Positions 1 through 15,300 of a stretch of 64,000 nt of DNA are shown one piece after another. The notes beneath the pieces were generated by a model. The model was given only the letters and a program-made list of their open reading frames with translations, had not been told where the DNA came from and did not search any database. The translations under genes were made by a program, and so were the position numbers. The first letter of the stretch is position 1; each line of letters begins with the position of its first letter. Source of the DNA: Owenia fusiformis (lineage: Eukaryota); NCBI GenBank assembly GCA_903813345.2, contig CAIIXF020000001.1:8556001-8620000 (forward strand), written 5' to 3'.

Positions 1-899
1 ACATACATTTTTGTAAATCCAAAACAAATCTTACACATTTTCTAATGATCTAATTACGTTATATTTTCATATTTTTCTTTTTTTAGTACCCGGTTTTTAT
101 GACCGGGTACCAAGTTTGAACCCAGCATGGAGGATTTACTACCCAGTACCCGGTACCTGGTTTTTTCTACAAACCCATATATCTGATAGAGTCAGAATAA
201 AGTACCAATCATCAATACTTGCATTCATTGTTTTCATGCTGTAGTACTTGTCTTCTCATTGGTCAATCACATGTCATGTGATTAAAAATCAAAAGTGGTA
301 TTTCATCCATACGCCAAAATGATGTATTAATCATTGAATATCCTGTGATATTCATTATTCAACTATCATGACATCATAGCTCAAATTCCCCGGAAAATAT
401 GTCCTTTGGCAAGTGTGTGGTGCTCATCAAATCATAATTGATTAGACAACAAGTCCACACTATAGTCTCAGAGACTGATGATAACAATTGAAAATGTAGC
501 CTTTTTGAAATTGTGAAATTAAAATAGTTATTTCCACGTGGCTATGAGTCTATCTTATCTTGGACAGTGCAATAGATATTACATAACATTTATTTTTCAG
601 TTATTCTTGGTCGAGCACAAAGTCGATTAACGATTATAAAATAATCATAATTAAAGATAATTAAAAATATACATATGTTTTTAATTATCATGATAATATA
701 TGCAGTTATATTCCATTTGCATCATTGGTGACAAAATGTTTCTACTTTCCAAGTGAATGTCGAGTCTAACATCATACAAATGTAATTTTAGGCGATCTGT
801 CTACATGGGGTGATATACTACCTAGGATAAAGATGTGTATTGACTTATCATGTATTTTCAATCTGCTGTACTTATAGTTTGTGGAAAGTTACTGGTTAG

Positions 900-3311
900 A
901 TGGCTGAGCCAGTCATGGAGAACCCTCTGCTGGCTGGAGGACAGCCTCAGTTTACCAAAATGGTGTCAGACTTACAAGGTATGTACAAGTAACATACAGC
1001 CCACTACACCAAATTGTCTTTATACCCATAGGTCTAACCCAAGTTAAAAGACCAGGGAAAATAGCCCTGATTCTGAGCATAATGCTGATGGCAAGAACTT
1101 TAAAAAAAAATAGATTTATATGTCTTTACGATGGAACAAATTCATAAGAACTCGTGTATTTGAAAAAACTAAACTCAGTACCCCAGTAAGAAACTGGATA
1201 TTATATCTCTGGAGAATGAAAAAATTCAAGTAGCATGTCTTATCATGTTTTATATACACGTTATCCCCCCTATATCCTATCCCCCTCCATCCAATATTAA
1301 TTTATTTCGATTATTTTTTGTATAATGCATGGAAACTAACTTTAAAAAGTAAGCAATGTCATTAGTATTGTTATAATAATGTCCCTTATACCTATTTATT
1401 ACAGGTCGTGTAGACCATTGTTGCCCGATTTATAGCAAAAACATTGACTCTTGCACGTTGGTGATGATGCACCTTTTTTTTAAAAGATCTCATATCTTAG
1501 AAGGGTATCAGTTCAAAAAAAATACTAGATGGCCTCAAATATTTTGCCATGCACTGCGCCTATTCATTTGGCAATTCAGTTATAAATTTTCTCTTGAAAA
1601 AATAAATCTTCCAAATTTGTTGAGTTTTCTTACAGAAATCGCCTAATCCCCCCTCCATCCATTTTGTATGATCACCGGGCGTGATATAGACTTTAAAGGA
1701 AGATCATGTACCATTTCTGCCTCCTTATGAAATATAAATCTTTTCTTTAGCCCATACTGTCTGGAATTAGAGAAAAACAAAAGATGTATACAGATTTGCT
1801 ATTTCATTCAGAGTATTTTTTGATGAAATTCATGTTTCTTTCGAACACTCATAAATTCATGCGTAGTTTTAGGCTTGAATGAGTGATCCAGCCTTCCCAA
1901 GGATTTTGTTTTTATTTCATCTGTGAGCCAAAATATGAAAAGCTAATTTGCTGGTGCTGTGTATGCATAGTTGTTATTGCATGAAATAGATTGGTGATCC
2001 TTTAATATCATAATGTTGCCAACTTTAATCAACTAACAGTAACTTGTATATCCAGGATGTATTCAAGAGATGAAGAGAGAATTTGTCGAGTCACAGGTCC
2101 CAATCAATGATGACAACCAGATGCTTCATCGCTTCACTGCAAAACTGGAATACCTATTACAGGCTGGACAGAAAGGTTGGTGCAATCTTGAAGATTTTTT
2201 CTTATGAGGACCTATTATCAGATTGCTCATGATAAATGTATAAATATTTTTTGGCCTATTTGTCAGATTGTCTATTTATAGCTAGGGCAGGACATTGTGC
2301 ATTTCATGTTCTTGTATTTTTGTGAAACTAATTTCTTAAAATGGAGTAAAGCCTATCTTTGTTGAGGTAAAAATTGATATTAAGTTTCAGTGTCCATAAT
2401 CTTTAATAAATAGGGGGGTCTAATCCCGGGTAATTATTTTAAAGGAATAAACATTTGACTCGACCCCTAAACCTTGAAACCTTATACAGTGTACATGTAT
2501 TGTAATTTTTTATTAATCTATTTTAGTGCGCACTGGCTTACTGGGAGGTAAAAAAGATTACTGGGACTATATTGTGGAGTGTCTATCAGCAACTAAAGGA
2601 CAGCGTGAAGGCATCAAGTTTGTCAAGTCAAATGGAGAGGTAAATACATGTACAATATAAATTCACATGTACTGTTATATCAAAACACATAAAATTTAAT
2701 CATGTCTCAAAAAATTACAGACCTGTAGAGCTAGAAGGTAACATACTTATTTGATATGTTTAGGTTTCTATGATATTTAAAATTGACATTGCTATTCATT
2801 TTATATTTTAGTTGAAGACATCACTAGGTCGAGGGAGAGGCCTGATTAGATTTGCCCTGGTGCACCAGAGGCTAGCCGACACCTTACAGCAGTGTATTAT
2901 GAATGGAAGAGTAACAAGGTAACACGATAAGGGGATAGGCATACATAAAGAGGATATACTTTGGCTCATATTTCCCTATGGCTTGCCATTTAAGAAGTTC
3001 ATACTAATATTCGGAGAATTACATTATTTTATTCCAAGATGAAGCTCAATTTCTACCAATATCGTAATTTCATGTTGTTTCAATAACCATGTTATACAGC
3101 ATCTGTATTTGTCTCTCACATTCGCAAAATCCTTGAATCTGTTGACACTTATCTGTTATATTTTCAGTGAATGGTTCCACCCAAAATCTGTATGGCTGAA
3201 CCACGCTGTCTCTTCATCCATCATTAACGCTCTCTATGACCTCAATGATATTCAGTTTGACCTTTCATCCCAGGGTTATGACCTTGATGCGGCTTGGCCT
3301 ACATTTGCAAG
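900..3311 (+). CDS. FYCO1: FYCO1 coding exons 1-5: RUN domain
   Basis: [86 protein letters not shown]...|[28 protein letters not shown]...|EWFHPKS...[11 protein letters not shown]. Confidence 0.92.
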
Positions 3312-6300
3312 GTAAATAATCACAATACAATAAAACCTGTGTATATAGAACACCCTTAGTACTGACCAAAGATATTCCATACAGAGAGGGTTCATTAACA
3401 AGTCCATGGGACCTGGTTCTTCTGAAAACTGTCACCTAGAGGTGTTCAGTTTTACAAGTTTTATACAAGTTTTTACTGTACATGTTCATTATTTGATTTG
3501 AGAAAATTATTTCTTTCATACTAATATGTCACTGTTGAAATACATAAGTATTCTTTTGCAACCTTGTAAATGGGAAGTCTACAACAGTTTGCGTTAACTT
3601 TGAAATCAATTAGTGCATTTGTATTTGTAGTTATGATAATTGGCACAATTAATGCAGCATTTGACAAGTTGGTGGAATCGATCATTGTGTATTGTACCAA
3701 ACTGTTAATAAAATGTTTCACATTTTCAGGAAAACCTTTGGTTCCCCTACCCCCAACTGGCCCGTGAGCAGAAGTAGGACAAGTAGTATCAGTAGTCTAC
3801 AGAGTGTGGACCAGTCACCAATGAAGGCAGAGAGTATAGCTGAGACTGAGCTTCAGAGGCTAAGGAGAGAGCTTACTCAGTCTGAGGCACTAATTAACGA
3901 GATGAAATTAAAGGTAAGCGGTTTTGCATGTTAGTCTTTATTTAGGCCGTTTACTGAGTCTTCTCTCACCTCTTATTTGATTTTGTTGATACCTTTTTGA
4001 AAATGTATGATATTTGTACTTTTAGAGGTAAATGCCTCTCATCTCATCCAAAAAATATTTTGTTTGGATCCAAAATAACAGTTGAATTTCCAATCTTTTA
4101 CATAAATAAAACATAAATCCTCTCTTTGCCCAGAAATTGTATTATTAAATCATCAGTAACTCTGGCTTTGCTAGTTGCAGGCTCAACCCCACAGTTTCAT
4201 GTTAAACTGCTCATATCATTGCATACATGTTCATTGAAGGTATCAGAAGCAGAGAAAGACAATGAGATGTCTGGTAGGCTCATGTCACAGACTGAACAGC
4301 AGCTCAACACAACAAGGCAGAAGTGCAACGAATATGAAGTCATGTAAGCAATTATTTATAGATTAAAATATCGCAATTCTTATAACCTAGAGGTCCAGTC
4401 TGAATTATAAATAATAATATCCAGTCTTGGCGAGTTCACTGTACTGAGATAAAACTCTTGTTTCTTTTTAAAATGTCTCAAAAACAGCGGGCTAGTATGA
4501 TATACTTGATTGATTATGATGGATGACCAATATTACAATTATTTCAGTTTTATAAGAAATTTCCATAAACTATAATGTATATGTAGGGTGCCTGATATTC
4601 AATCTGTGTTGTGTTTTGTAGGTGTGATAAACTAAACAATGAGCTAAAACTGAAGGAAGAATCGTGGAAAGAAAGAGAAGATAATATGTCCACCAAACTC
4701 TCTGAGAAATCTCAGCAGATTGAGAATATCAAGGCTCAACTAGATGAGACAAATACACTCCTCAAGGAACAAACTGAAGCACTCCAGAATAAGGAGAGTG
4801 AGACAAAAACTAAAATTGAACATACAGAGAGACTCAACTCAGAATTACTGTTAAAAATGAAAAGTTACTCACAGAAAATGGAACACCAAGTAACACTCAG
4901 TGATAAAAAAGGTGAAGTGATCAATTCATTAGAGCAAAAATTAGTCACATTAGAGAAGAAAAATTCAGAATTGATGGGCAAAATTGAGATTATGGTAAAG
5001 GAAAAAGGATCGGAAGCATCTAATCACCTTGATTCAGCCAACAGGGCACATGAGTTGTTGCAGAAACTAACAGAAACAGAACAGTTGAACATAGACTTAC
5101 GTGGTCAAAATGAGGATCATATAAGAAAATTGAATGTTTCTAATGAAAAATATGACAAACTGAGTAAATCTTCAAATGAAAAAATTACTACTTTAGAGAC
5201 AGCCCAGCATAAACTTGAAGCTTCAGTTTCGGATCTTGAAGATGTTAATAAGGACAATTTGAGACACATTGGTGAATTAACAAATACAATAACAAACTAT
5301 GAATCAATGAAAGTTACAATGGAACAGAAAATTGAAGTATTACACAGTGAAAAGGCAGAATTTGAAAGTGTATCTGCAAAGCTATCTAATGATTTAGCTG
5401 ATCTTCAACAAGAATATAGTCAAATGCATGAAGTTAAGGATACTGTGACAAATGAACTTCATGAATCTGAACAAATCAACCAAGAAATCAAACAGAAGAT
5501 TGAACAATTAACACACGAGTTGAATGAGCGTGAAAAGTCAGTTGAACGTGACAAAGGTGAATATAGTGACCAGATTAGCACCATGGAGGCCAAATTATCC
5601 AGTCTCGATGAAACAATTGCTAAAAGGACTAAAGAAAATGAAATATTGATATCAGAAAAAGATAAATTGATGGGTGAACATCAGGAAAGTGTTCTTGCCA
5701 ATCAGGAAAGTTTACATAAGATCTGTACTCTTGAGGAATCCCTGGCTAGCAAGGAAGTGACAATTGGTATGTTAGAACAGCAACTGAGTGGACTCAAGGG
5801 TACATTAGAAAGTATGGAGAGTGGAGCTGATGATATTGACTCAGGAGAGGTAAGTGTATGTGATGTAATGAATTCCCAGTTTGTTTCTTATTTTAGGCCT
5901 TCTTAATTGCATTGGCACTTGGCAGTGGTTTGTTACCATGGATGCTTAATTCCAAAATCTTAAAAAAACTACTTATGTAAAAAATGAATCAAACAAGCAA
6001 AAATTTATATACTCAGTAGAATTTCATAAGAATTGATCTATAATTTCCTTAATTTACCTTTAAAAAGATGCATATAATGATATGTTTGCAAAAATAGTGT
6101 ATGTTATTTTTAATTTGATAATTTGCAGTTGTAAATTTGAAGTGTGCCCATGGGTGCTCAAATATTGGGCTTTAAATCCACTTTTCTAAAAGATAACATA
6201 ATTCTGCAATCTGCATACAATTCTTTAGGCTTCTCATGTTAGAATAATTAAGGTTTCCAAAATTAGTGTCTTTAGTCTTTTTAAGCTTAAATCCTCTGGA

Positions 6301-9300
6301 GTCTCTACAGACGCAGATCAACATTCTATCCAAAATGGCCAGTGGCCACCACAACTCCATTACTATATTGAGCTAGTCAGTTTTATGTTCTAGAACTCGA
6401 GGACTCGGAACTTCATTACATGCATTCATTTTAAGCTTCTCTAGATAACCTCTTATATTGTTTGAATAAACATTGCATTATCTTGTTATAAAGTCTACAG
6501 ACATTTTCTTTGCATTATTGGTATAGTTTTGATCTCACAATACAATTGTATCCAGCATTATTGTAAGTTAATGAGCTTATGTTTCTGCTGAATATATGTG
6601 ATTCCAACGTCCTGGTATCATAGACTTAATCCAACTAGTGAATTGACCTAAAATGAGTCAGTCAATAGGTCCCATAATTGTTGAAAATATTTTCCAATTT
6701 TATTTTTTCACATAACGCCATATAGCTTGAATGTGAAACATGAATTATTCTATAATGATTTCATGAAACAGTGATATTCTTATTGAACTTACATTCCAGC
6801 TTAATGGAGTAGAAACAAATGGTAATATGGGTGATCGGTTGAAACATATTGTGGCTGATAGGAAGTTGTTACGTGGTCAACTTACAGCAATGGAGACCCA
6901 GAATTCAACTCTCTCACTACAAATTCAACAATTGGAGAAAAAGGTAAGGTTTAAAATGAACTTGCCTTTTGTATTGAATGGTGTGGTGCGACAATGTATT
7001 TTTAGAATTAGCAACATTTTTATGAATATTTGTCAGGTGAAAGTCAAATATACAAGATTATTCAAACCAAAAGGCATTTTATTGGAAATGTTTAAGTAAA
7101 AGACCCATTTTCCTTCTGAATATTTAAAAAGAATTCACATACTAGTGTACTTAAGGACTTTATTTGAAGAATACTTAATTTAGTCTTTATTTCATATGAA
7201 AAAATCACTCAATATTATATGGCTTAAATTTTCCTAAATCACTACATGTACTCTGTATTTTTCCTGCCTATACTTTCCAATTTTAACTTTACATTTAATT
7301 TCAACTTAGATAACTTCAATGGTAGATGAATCTAATGAGATGTTGAAGGAGTATACCAAATTAAAAGGAGTGGTAGAAACTATGCAGTCCTCTGAGAGCA
7401 AACTAAATGTGAAGCTCACAGAGATGGAGTCACTGATCGAGTCTAAAGATGAGAGCCTTGTCCAATGTGAGAGCCAGAAAGTGCAGTATCAAAATGAGCT
7501 GGAGCAATATAGGACACAACTGGAGGGTTAGTTTTAAAAGGTTTTGTTTAGGTGGACAAAACTTGAATCTATTTGCATGTGAAGTCAATTCAAACCTACC
7601 TGTTAAAGTGAATGATTGAGATCACTCATTCATCTTTGCCTGTCTTAATCTTAAAATCACTTGATGTAATGTACAAATTATTTGGGAAACTATTGATGAG
7701 TACTTTCCTTTGGACTTGAGAGAAGTGATATTACAGTATGAACAATCTGCTCATATAACACAAAATCACATTTTAAATAGGAACCTTGCACATATCATTA
7801 TCATATGTTGAACATGCATTTTGCACCTGGTTGACACACTTCTTATGGATTCATTATGTTTGTTGAATTTACAGAGTCCAAGAAGACCATTGACTCTCTG
7901 GGTGATTCAAAGAAGCGTTTGATTGAGGAGAATGAGTTAACACAGACAATGCTATCAGAGGCCACCACCTCCAACCAGGACCTACAAGGCAAAATGGCTG
8001 CTACAATAGAAGAGCACAATACAACTGTGAAACAAATACAAAAGCAGCACCAAGAAGTCCTAGCAGAAAAACAGTGCAAGTTTGAAGAGCTGGAAAAGAA
8101 AAATAACACTGAAAATGAGATTTTAAAAACTTCTATCCAAACTCTTGAGAAACAAGTCAGTGATAAAGTGAAAATGATTAGTGGACTTGAAATCGAGTTG
8201 AATGAGAAGAGTGAAGCTTTTACTGAACTGCAGAAGGAAATTGGGAATTTATCGAATGAGTCTGGCAATATTAATGAAATGTGCAATAAACTGAAACTTG
8301 AAACAGAGAGTCTAAATGAGACAATAAAAAAACAAAATGAAGAAAACACAGAACTCTCTTCAAAGTATACTGATGTATCTCAGCAGTTACAGGAAACATG
8401 TGCCAAGGCAAACCTTATTGAATCTGAGAGACAGAAAAGTGAAAGCCACAACCAAACAACAATTAATGAGTTACAAAAAGAATCAGAGGCAATGAAGTCA
8501 AAACTCTCGGGGATGGAAACAATCAAAACTGAACTTGAAAATAAAATTATAAACCTTCAAGACAATGTTGATACCATGGGAGAAACTAAAAACACAATGC
8601 AATCTAGAATATTAGAAATTGAAAATGAAAACAAAGAACTTATTTCAAACAGAGAAGCCTTAGATCAGGATATTGAAGATCTCAGAAATGCAAACTCTGA
8701 GCTTGAAAATAATGTAACTAACTTGAATACTCTCATAAAAGACAGCAATGATGAAAATGACAAACTGAAATCTGATCTCAATGATAAATGTGGTGAAATA
8801 TCCGAGCTCAATGAGGAACTTTTAACTGCCAAAGACAATTGTAATAAATTGAAACTAGAAATTTCAGAAATGAATGCTACTCAACAAAACTGCAGTATCG
8901 AGTTATCTGAGAAAGAAATATCATTTGAGAAACAGCAAAATGATCTCCAAAATGAAATCAAACAATTGTCTGAAAAAATCACTGAATCTGAAATGGGATT
9001 AGAGGAGAAAAGTAAATTAATTGTAAGTCTTGAGGGTGAAAAGTGTTCTCTGCTAGAGTCCGTAAAAACTCTCGAGCAGAAAATTTTGGACCAGCAAACA
9101 GAGATGTCATCACAGGCGAATGACCTACAGAATGTAAGAGAAGAATTGAAATCAGCAAAGAATCTAACAGAACAAGAAATTAAAGGACTGAAGTTCCAGC
9201 TGAGCTCTGAGAAGATGCAATATGAAACAGCCTTGAAGGTTAGTAACAAGCCATTATGTTATCTTTAGACAGAAATGAAAATGTAATTTTTTGCATTATA

Positions 9301-12300
9301 CAGCATTGCTCCTTTAATTGTGTGAGGTATTGGGCTTTTATAGGAATGCATACATTTGCTTCCCGTTTTGTCTATTTTAGAGTGGACAGCTACTCAATAT
9401 TGTAACTTGTTGGAGTGCTTTATTTCAGGATCTTGTTCGTACCAAGTCTCATGCTGCATCAATACTAGAGAGGCTTCACCGCCAGGATAAATCAATCAAA
9501 GATTTTAGAATAGACCTCCTTGCTATGAAGGGGGCCCACTCAGAAATGGTAGATCATTGTGCAGTTCTGATAAAAATTGCATTGCTTTATCATTTCATGG
9601 ATAACAATAATAATAGGCACAAATTGATTTCTAGGGTTCCATTTCTTATACTTTCAAAATTTGGGGAAAATGATGCTTTTTCATTGGCCCTGTCATTTAT
9701 TTAACAATTTAAATTGCAATAAACAAAATATATTGTATAGGAAACTACATATTATCTGCATTATGGATATGTATACTTACAGTACAAGAAACAGAACTCC
9801 TTCATGACTGATAAATTTAGGGAAAAATGGAGAAAAATGAAAAGCTGAAATGAAAATGAATCTAAAAGCATTAAAAGAAGCAACACCCAATAAGTTATAT
9901 ATCATTTTGAAGGGCTGGACCCATGCTTTATGTTTTTTGAAAAAATATGTGTATATGCAAATGAGATAGTGTCATTGTGACATCATAATTCAAGATGGTG
10001 CAGTTGGATTTTTTTCAAAATGGAATTATTTAATCAATTAATCTTTTATTGAGACTTCAATTCAAAAATCTGAAAACGCAGAATTATAGATCTTTTTATG
10101 CTGATTCCAGTGGTATTTGTACCATGACATAACTCCTACAAATAAATTTTTTAGAGCTTCGAGACTGCAAATTCTCGGAAAATCCCTATGGCGATTTAAC
10201 ATGGGATTTTATCGTTTTCGCAATTTTTCGCGCGCTCACCAGCTTCGGATCACTGTAACTTTGGAAATACTAAACGAAAAGTCATGAACTTTTTTTTAAA
10301 ATGTTTGTACAGACTTCAAGATTAAATAAATTGATAAATCATGCATTTTTATCATCAGGGGTCCCTTGGAGACCCCTTAGAACAAAATCGATCATATATG
10401 ATCGATTTTGTTTATTGCTATTCTAAGGGGTCTCCAGGGGCCTCATTTCAATAAAATTGCAAGAATAATGCATTTTCTAAAAGTATGGACCATTAGGAAC
10501 ATTTTAAAAAAAAGATTGTTTGAATCTGATGACTCTGTGCAAAGTTAGAGGCACTTGAATCTGACACGTCGCGAAAAAACATCGAAAACAATAAAATCCC
10601 ATGTTAAATCGCCATAGGGATTTTCCGAGAATTTGCAGTCTCGAAGCTCTAAAAAATTTATTTGTAGGAGTTACGTCATGGTACAAATCCCACTGGAATC
10701 AACATAAAAAGATCTATAATTCTGCGTTTTCAGATTTGTAAATTAAAGTCTCAATAAAAAATAAAATGCTAACATAATTCCATTTTGAAAAAAATCCAAA
10801 TGCGCCATCTTGAATTATGACGTCACAATGACACTATCTCATTTGCATATTCACATTTTTTTCAAAAAACATAAAGTATGGGTATAGCCCTTCAAAATGA
10901 CATATAACTTCTTGGGTGTTGCTTCCTTTTCTTGCTTCTAGATTCATTTACATTTAAGTTTTTCATTTCTGCCCATTTTCCCCCAAATTTTCAGTCATGA
11001 GAGAGTTAAAACAAAAAATTGGGCCTCTATTACAAGAATAAGAACTGGTGCACTCAAATTGTGTGAATTTGGAGGGAAAAGAGTGCTGTTTTCATGGATC
11101 ATTCTCTCAGATTGATAGTTTGATTTGATTTGTTTCAGCTTCTGAATGACTTGTCTGCTGCATTAGCATATATTTGCTGATAACATAGAACATAATAATG
11201 CATTTGAATGTCTCACCATTTATTATGTCACCACTTCTATGTCACCACCAGAAGTGGTGACATATTGTTATAGTCTCTAACTTTATTATGGATGGTGTTT
11301 GGCAGTTGGTGTTTGGCATCTGTAACAGCATTCGGTGTCTGCAACAGCAGTTGGCTTCTGTAACTATTGATAGGTGGTGACATTTTGCATGTTAATGCCT
11401 TGTTAAATTGTTTGTTTTCTCACCATTTATTTGAAGGTTTATTTAATTTTTGTTATATCTGTTCATTTGTTTATCTTGTATACTATAATTGTATTTTTTA
11501 TTTTTATGTATTGTATTTTGCATTTTTGTTAGGTTCAGTTTATGTTTTGTATATGTTTCCTTAGTACACTGCAATGACTGCATGCTTTCCTGCTTCACAA
11601 ATTTAGTTGTCCTCTCACCCAAGTGTACATTTGATTATTATTTGCTAACCCTTACACAAACAAGCCTTATATCTTTGTGATTATAATAGTACGATTTCAA
11701 TCATAAAAACATCAATAGAGTAATTAATCAATGATTGAAATAATGTGAAACATGGAATGACTAAAATGAGTATATCATTTGGAAAGTGTATATCATAAAG
11801 GACTCTTTTGTAAAGGTTATCTTGTGCTTTCTTATGTTACCCTTTGGACTTTGTGTTGATATGCTGACCCCATCACTTGCTTTACCTCCCACTACAGGGT
11901 TACCTGGAGCAGAATGTGGATATCAGTAGTATGAATGAGAAGATGACAGACCAAGAGCAAATCATTGAGACTCTTGAAATGGAGTTGGAAGAGATCAGGA
12001 CTGAAAGGTCTCTGGAACAAGATAGACAGTGGAGAGAGGTAACCAAACACAAATAATATCTTATACCTTATTTGTACATAAGGGTGTTTCAGGTTGTCAG
12101 CAGCTCACCAACACCTCCAATCTGATCCATCTGTTAAGAAATTTCACATTAGGCTATTGATTAAAATTGATTTAAATAATGAAATGGAAAAACCTGTTCT
12201 GAGCACCTATCCAGCACATATATTGCTTCCAACTTATATCAGGGACTACAAATTTTATGTCTCTGCTTTGCCCATGCTTTTAAATCACTAGCAATTCCTA

Positions 12301-15300
12301 CTTGCCACACAGAATTATGGAATGTTGGACTCCATATATGTCTTATGTGAGTACACATGTAAGCCTGTGAATACAAGGTATATTGAGTATGTATGTAACT
12401 ATAGTACTATCATAGATAGCTTGAATGACACACTTATTTTGTTTATAGCTGGAAGATCTTAGGAGTCTTGTCTCCTCAAGAGATGAGGAATGCAGGATGC
12501 TGAACGAAGAGCTAAGAAGGGTAAATATTATACTTTCTTTAATGCTTATACTGTACATGTACATATACCACAAATTGGCCATGTCACTGACAACAAACTG
12601 GCCAATTGGAGAAGCATTTTTGAAATAAACTAACTCTGAGTAGAAATGTGACTTAAAGTGTCTATTAGAATGATATAATTATTTCGTAAGAAAATATGAA
12701 TTGACATGTACTGCAAGCTAAATTCATTTTGTTATGTCCCCACCACATAGTGTGGGGCCATATTGTCGGCCTAGGCGCGTCCGTCTGTCCGTCCGTCTGT
12801 CCGTCCGTCTGTCCGTACGTCCGGGAGTTTTCTCCAAAACCGCTACAGATATCACCTTCAAATTTTCAGGGATAACTTATGAGTGCATATAGATGTGGAT
12901 GAAAAAATTTTAACTCGATACCTACTTCCTGTCGGCCATTTTGAAGTCAAATGCTAAAATCCTTGTCTGCAAACTTTAAGAAAAATGGCTTCACAGTTGC
13001 TTTTAAAACTTTAACATCTTGTTCAGCTCACTTCATTCTAGATCTGATTAGGTTTTGGACCTGTTAGCTCAGTCATGTCAGCCATTTTGAATGTCTTAAG
13101 AAAAGTTAGCGCACGATAATACTTTGTATCATATTGAATGGTGTTTTTGACTTTTCATACTTTAACTATTTAGTAGCTTTATAAATAATTTCACATGTAC
13201 TTTGTTGTAAAAGCCTATGTTATTGTTAACAGTAGTTATATTTGATAATTTTGTAAGAAGAAATCAGCAAAAACACATAATCACTTTTTTATTGTCGGCC
13301 ATTTTGGATTTTTCCGTCCTAAAATCTTGTCAGTAAAGTCTTGTCTACGTGTTTTCAGGTGAACCGTTTGGTGGATCAATTTCAAATTTTCAGGGATGAT
13401 TCTTAGTATAAAAATCTAGATCTGATTTGTTTTTTGGCATTCTGGGTAAATGTCAAGGCAGCCATTTTGGATTTTCCGTCCTAAAATCTTGTCTGTAAAG
13501 TCTTGTCTACGCGTTTTCAGGTGAACCGTTTGGTAGATCAATTTCAAATTTTCAGAGATGATTCTTAGTATGAAAATGTAGAACTGATTAGTTTTTTGGC
13601 AATCATGGCAAATGTCAAGGCAGCCATTTTGGATTTTCTGTCCTAAAATCTTGTCTGTAAAGTCTTGTCTATGCATTTCCAGGTGAACCGTTCTGTAGAT
13701 CAATTTCAAATTTTTAGGGATGATTCTTAGTATGAAAATCTAGATCTGATTAGTTTTTTGGCATTCTGGATAAATGTCAAGGCAGCCATTTTGGATTTTC
13801 CGTCTTAAAATCTTGCCTGTAAAGTCTTGTCTACGCGTTTTTAGGTGAACCGTTTGGTAGATCAATTTCAAATTTTCAGGGATGATTCTTAGTGTGAAAA
13901 TCTACATCTGATTAGTTTTTTGGCATTCTGTGTAAATGTCATGGCAGCCATTTTGGATTTTCTGTCCTAAAATCTTGTCTGTAAAGTCATGTCTACGCGT
14001 TTTCAGGTGAACCATTTGGTAGATCGATGTCATATTTTCAGGGATGATTCTTATAATGAAAATCTAGGAACAGATTAGTTTTTTGACATTCTGGGTAAAT
14101 GTCAAGGCAGCCATTTTGGATTTTCTGTCCTAAAATCTTGTCTGTAAAGTCTTGTCTACGCGTTTTCAGGTGAACCATTTGGTAGATCGATGTCATATTT
14201 TCAGGGATGATTCTTATAATGAAAATCTAGGAACAGATTAGTTTTTTGACATTCTGGGTAAATGTCAAGGCAGCCATTTTGGATTTTCCATCCTAAAATC
14301 TTGTCTGTAAAGTCTTGTTTACATGTTTTCTAGTTAACTGTGTGACGGATCAATTAAAAATTTTCAGGGGTGGTTCTTAGTTTGAAAATCTAGAACTGAC
14401 TAAATTTTTGGCATTCTGGGTAAATTTTAAGGTGGCCATTTTGGATTTTCCGTCCTCAAATTGTGTTGGTAAAGTCTTGTCTACTCATTTTCAGGATAAC
14501 CATTTGATGGGATCACCCATTGGTGGGGACATTTTGTACACATTTGTGTTCTTGTTTTAGATTAACACAATATTAGATGAGGAGAGAAACTTGGTATTGA
14601 AATACAAGGTAGGTAAATGTTTAGTAAAATTTTCATGCCTTTTGTATAAGAAATTCCACAAGGAGAACAAACAGCATAAATGTTTTGAAACTTTTTTGGT
14701 GTTTGGCTACATTCGAATTTAACATAAACAGTATTGCTGAAAACCACCAATTACCATCAAAAGGAAAAAAATATAATAGAGTATCCCATGATTTTCCTAT
14801 GTGAGTTGTTTTTAGTAAACGATTTGCTGTAGCCATGAAAGGTCTGACACTGGTTCTTATACAGAAAGGTATTGCTTTTATTTCAGAATGAACTAACTAG
14901 TGCCATGAAAGAGAATGAGGCAGAGAAGACAACCATGAGATCCGACATGGTAGAAATGCAGAAAAAATTGGTCAAGTTACTGAGGTAAAATCAACTCAAA
15001 GCCCTACAACATAATGTAGACTTACCCTGAGGCTTTACAATGGAGAATATTGATGTGGAAATAAAGCACAATCAAAGTAAAACATGTGTATCCGGTCACC
15101 TCTTTATTCCTTATACCTCTCTGTGTGAACATTTTGGTCCAATTTTTATTCTATCATCAATGGTTATATAAAGAAACTTAATATTTGAACACCTGTTAAT
15201 CTGAACACATTTGGCTGGTCCCAGTGTTGTTCTGATGAGTCAGGTTTAACTGTACACCTACAGTGTTTGTTACAGAGTAAAATTGTATTATGCATGATTA

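Noticed and set aside
7843..9249. Minus-strand ORFs of 168 and 122 aa
   Set aside because: Antisense shadows of the FYCO1 coiled-coil exon.
4611..9268. Large coiled-coil ORFs as separate myosin, golgin or SMC genes
   Set aside because: They splice in phase with the RUN and FYVE/GOLD exons into one FYCO1 reading frame.
13416..13709. 97-aa minus-strand ORF with an internal repeat
   Set aside because: Translation of the 162-bp HINE tandem unit.
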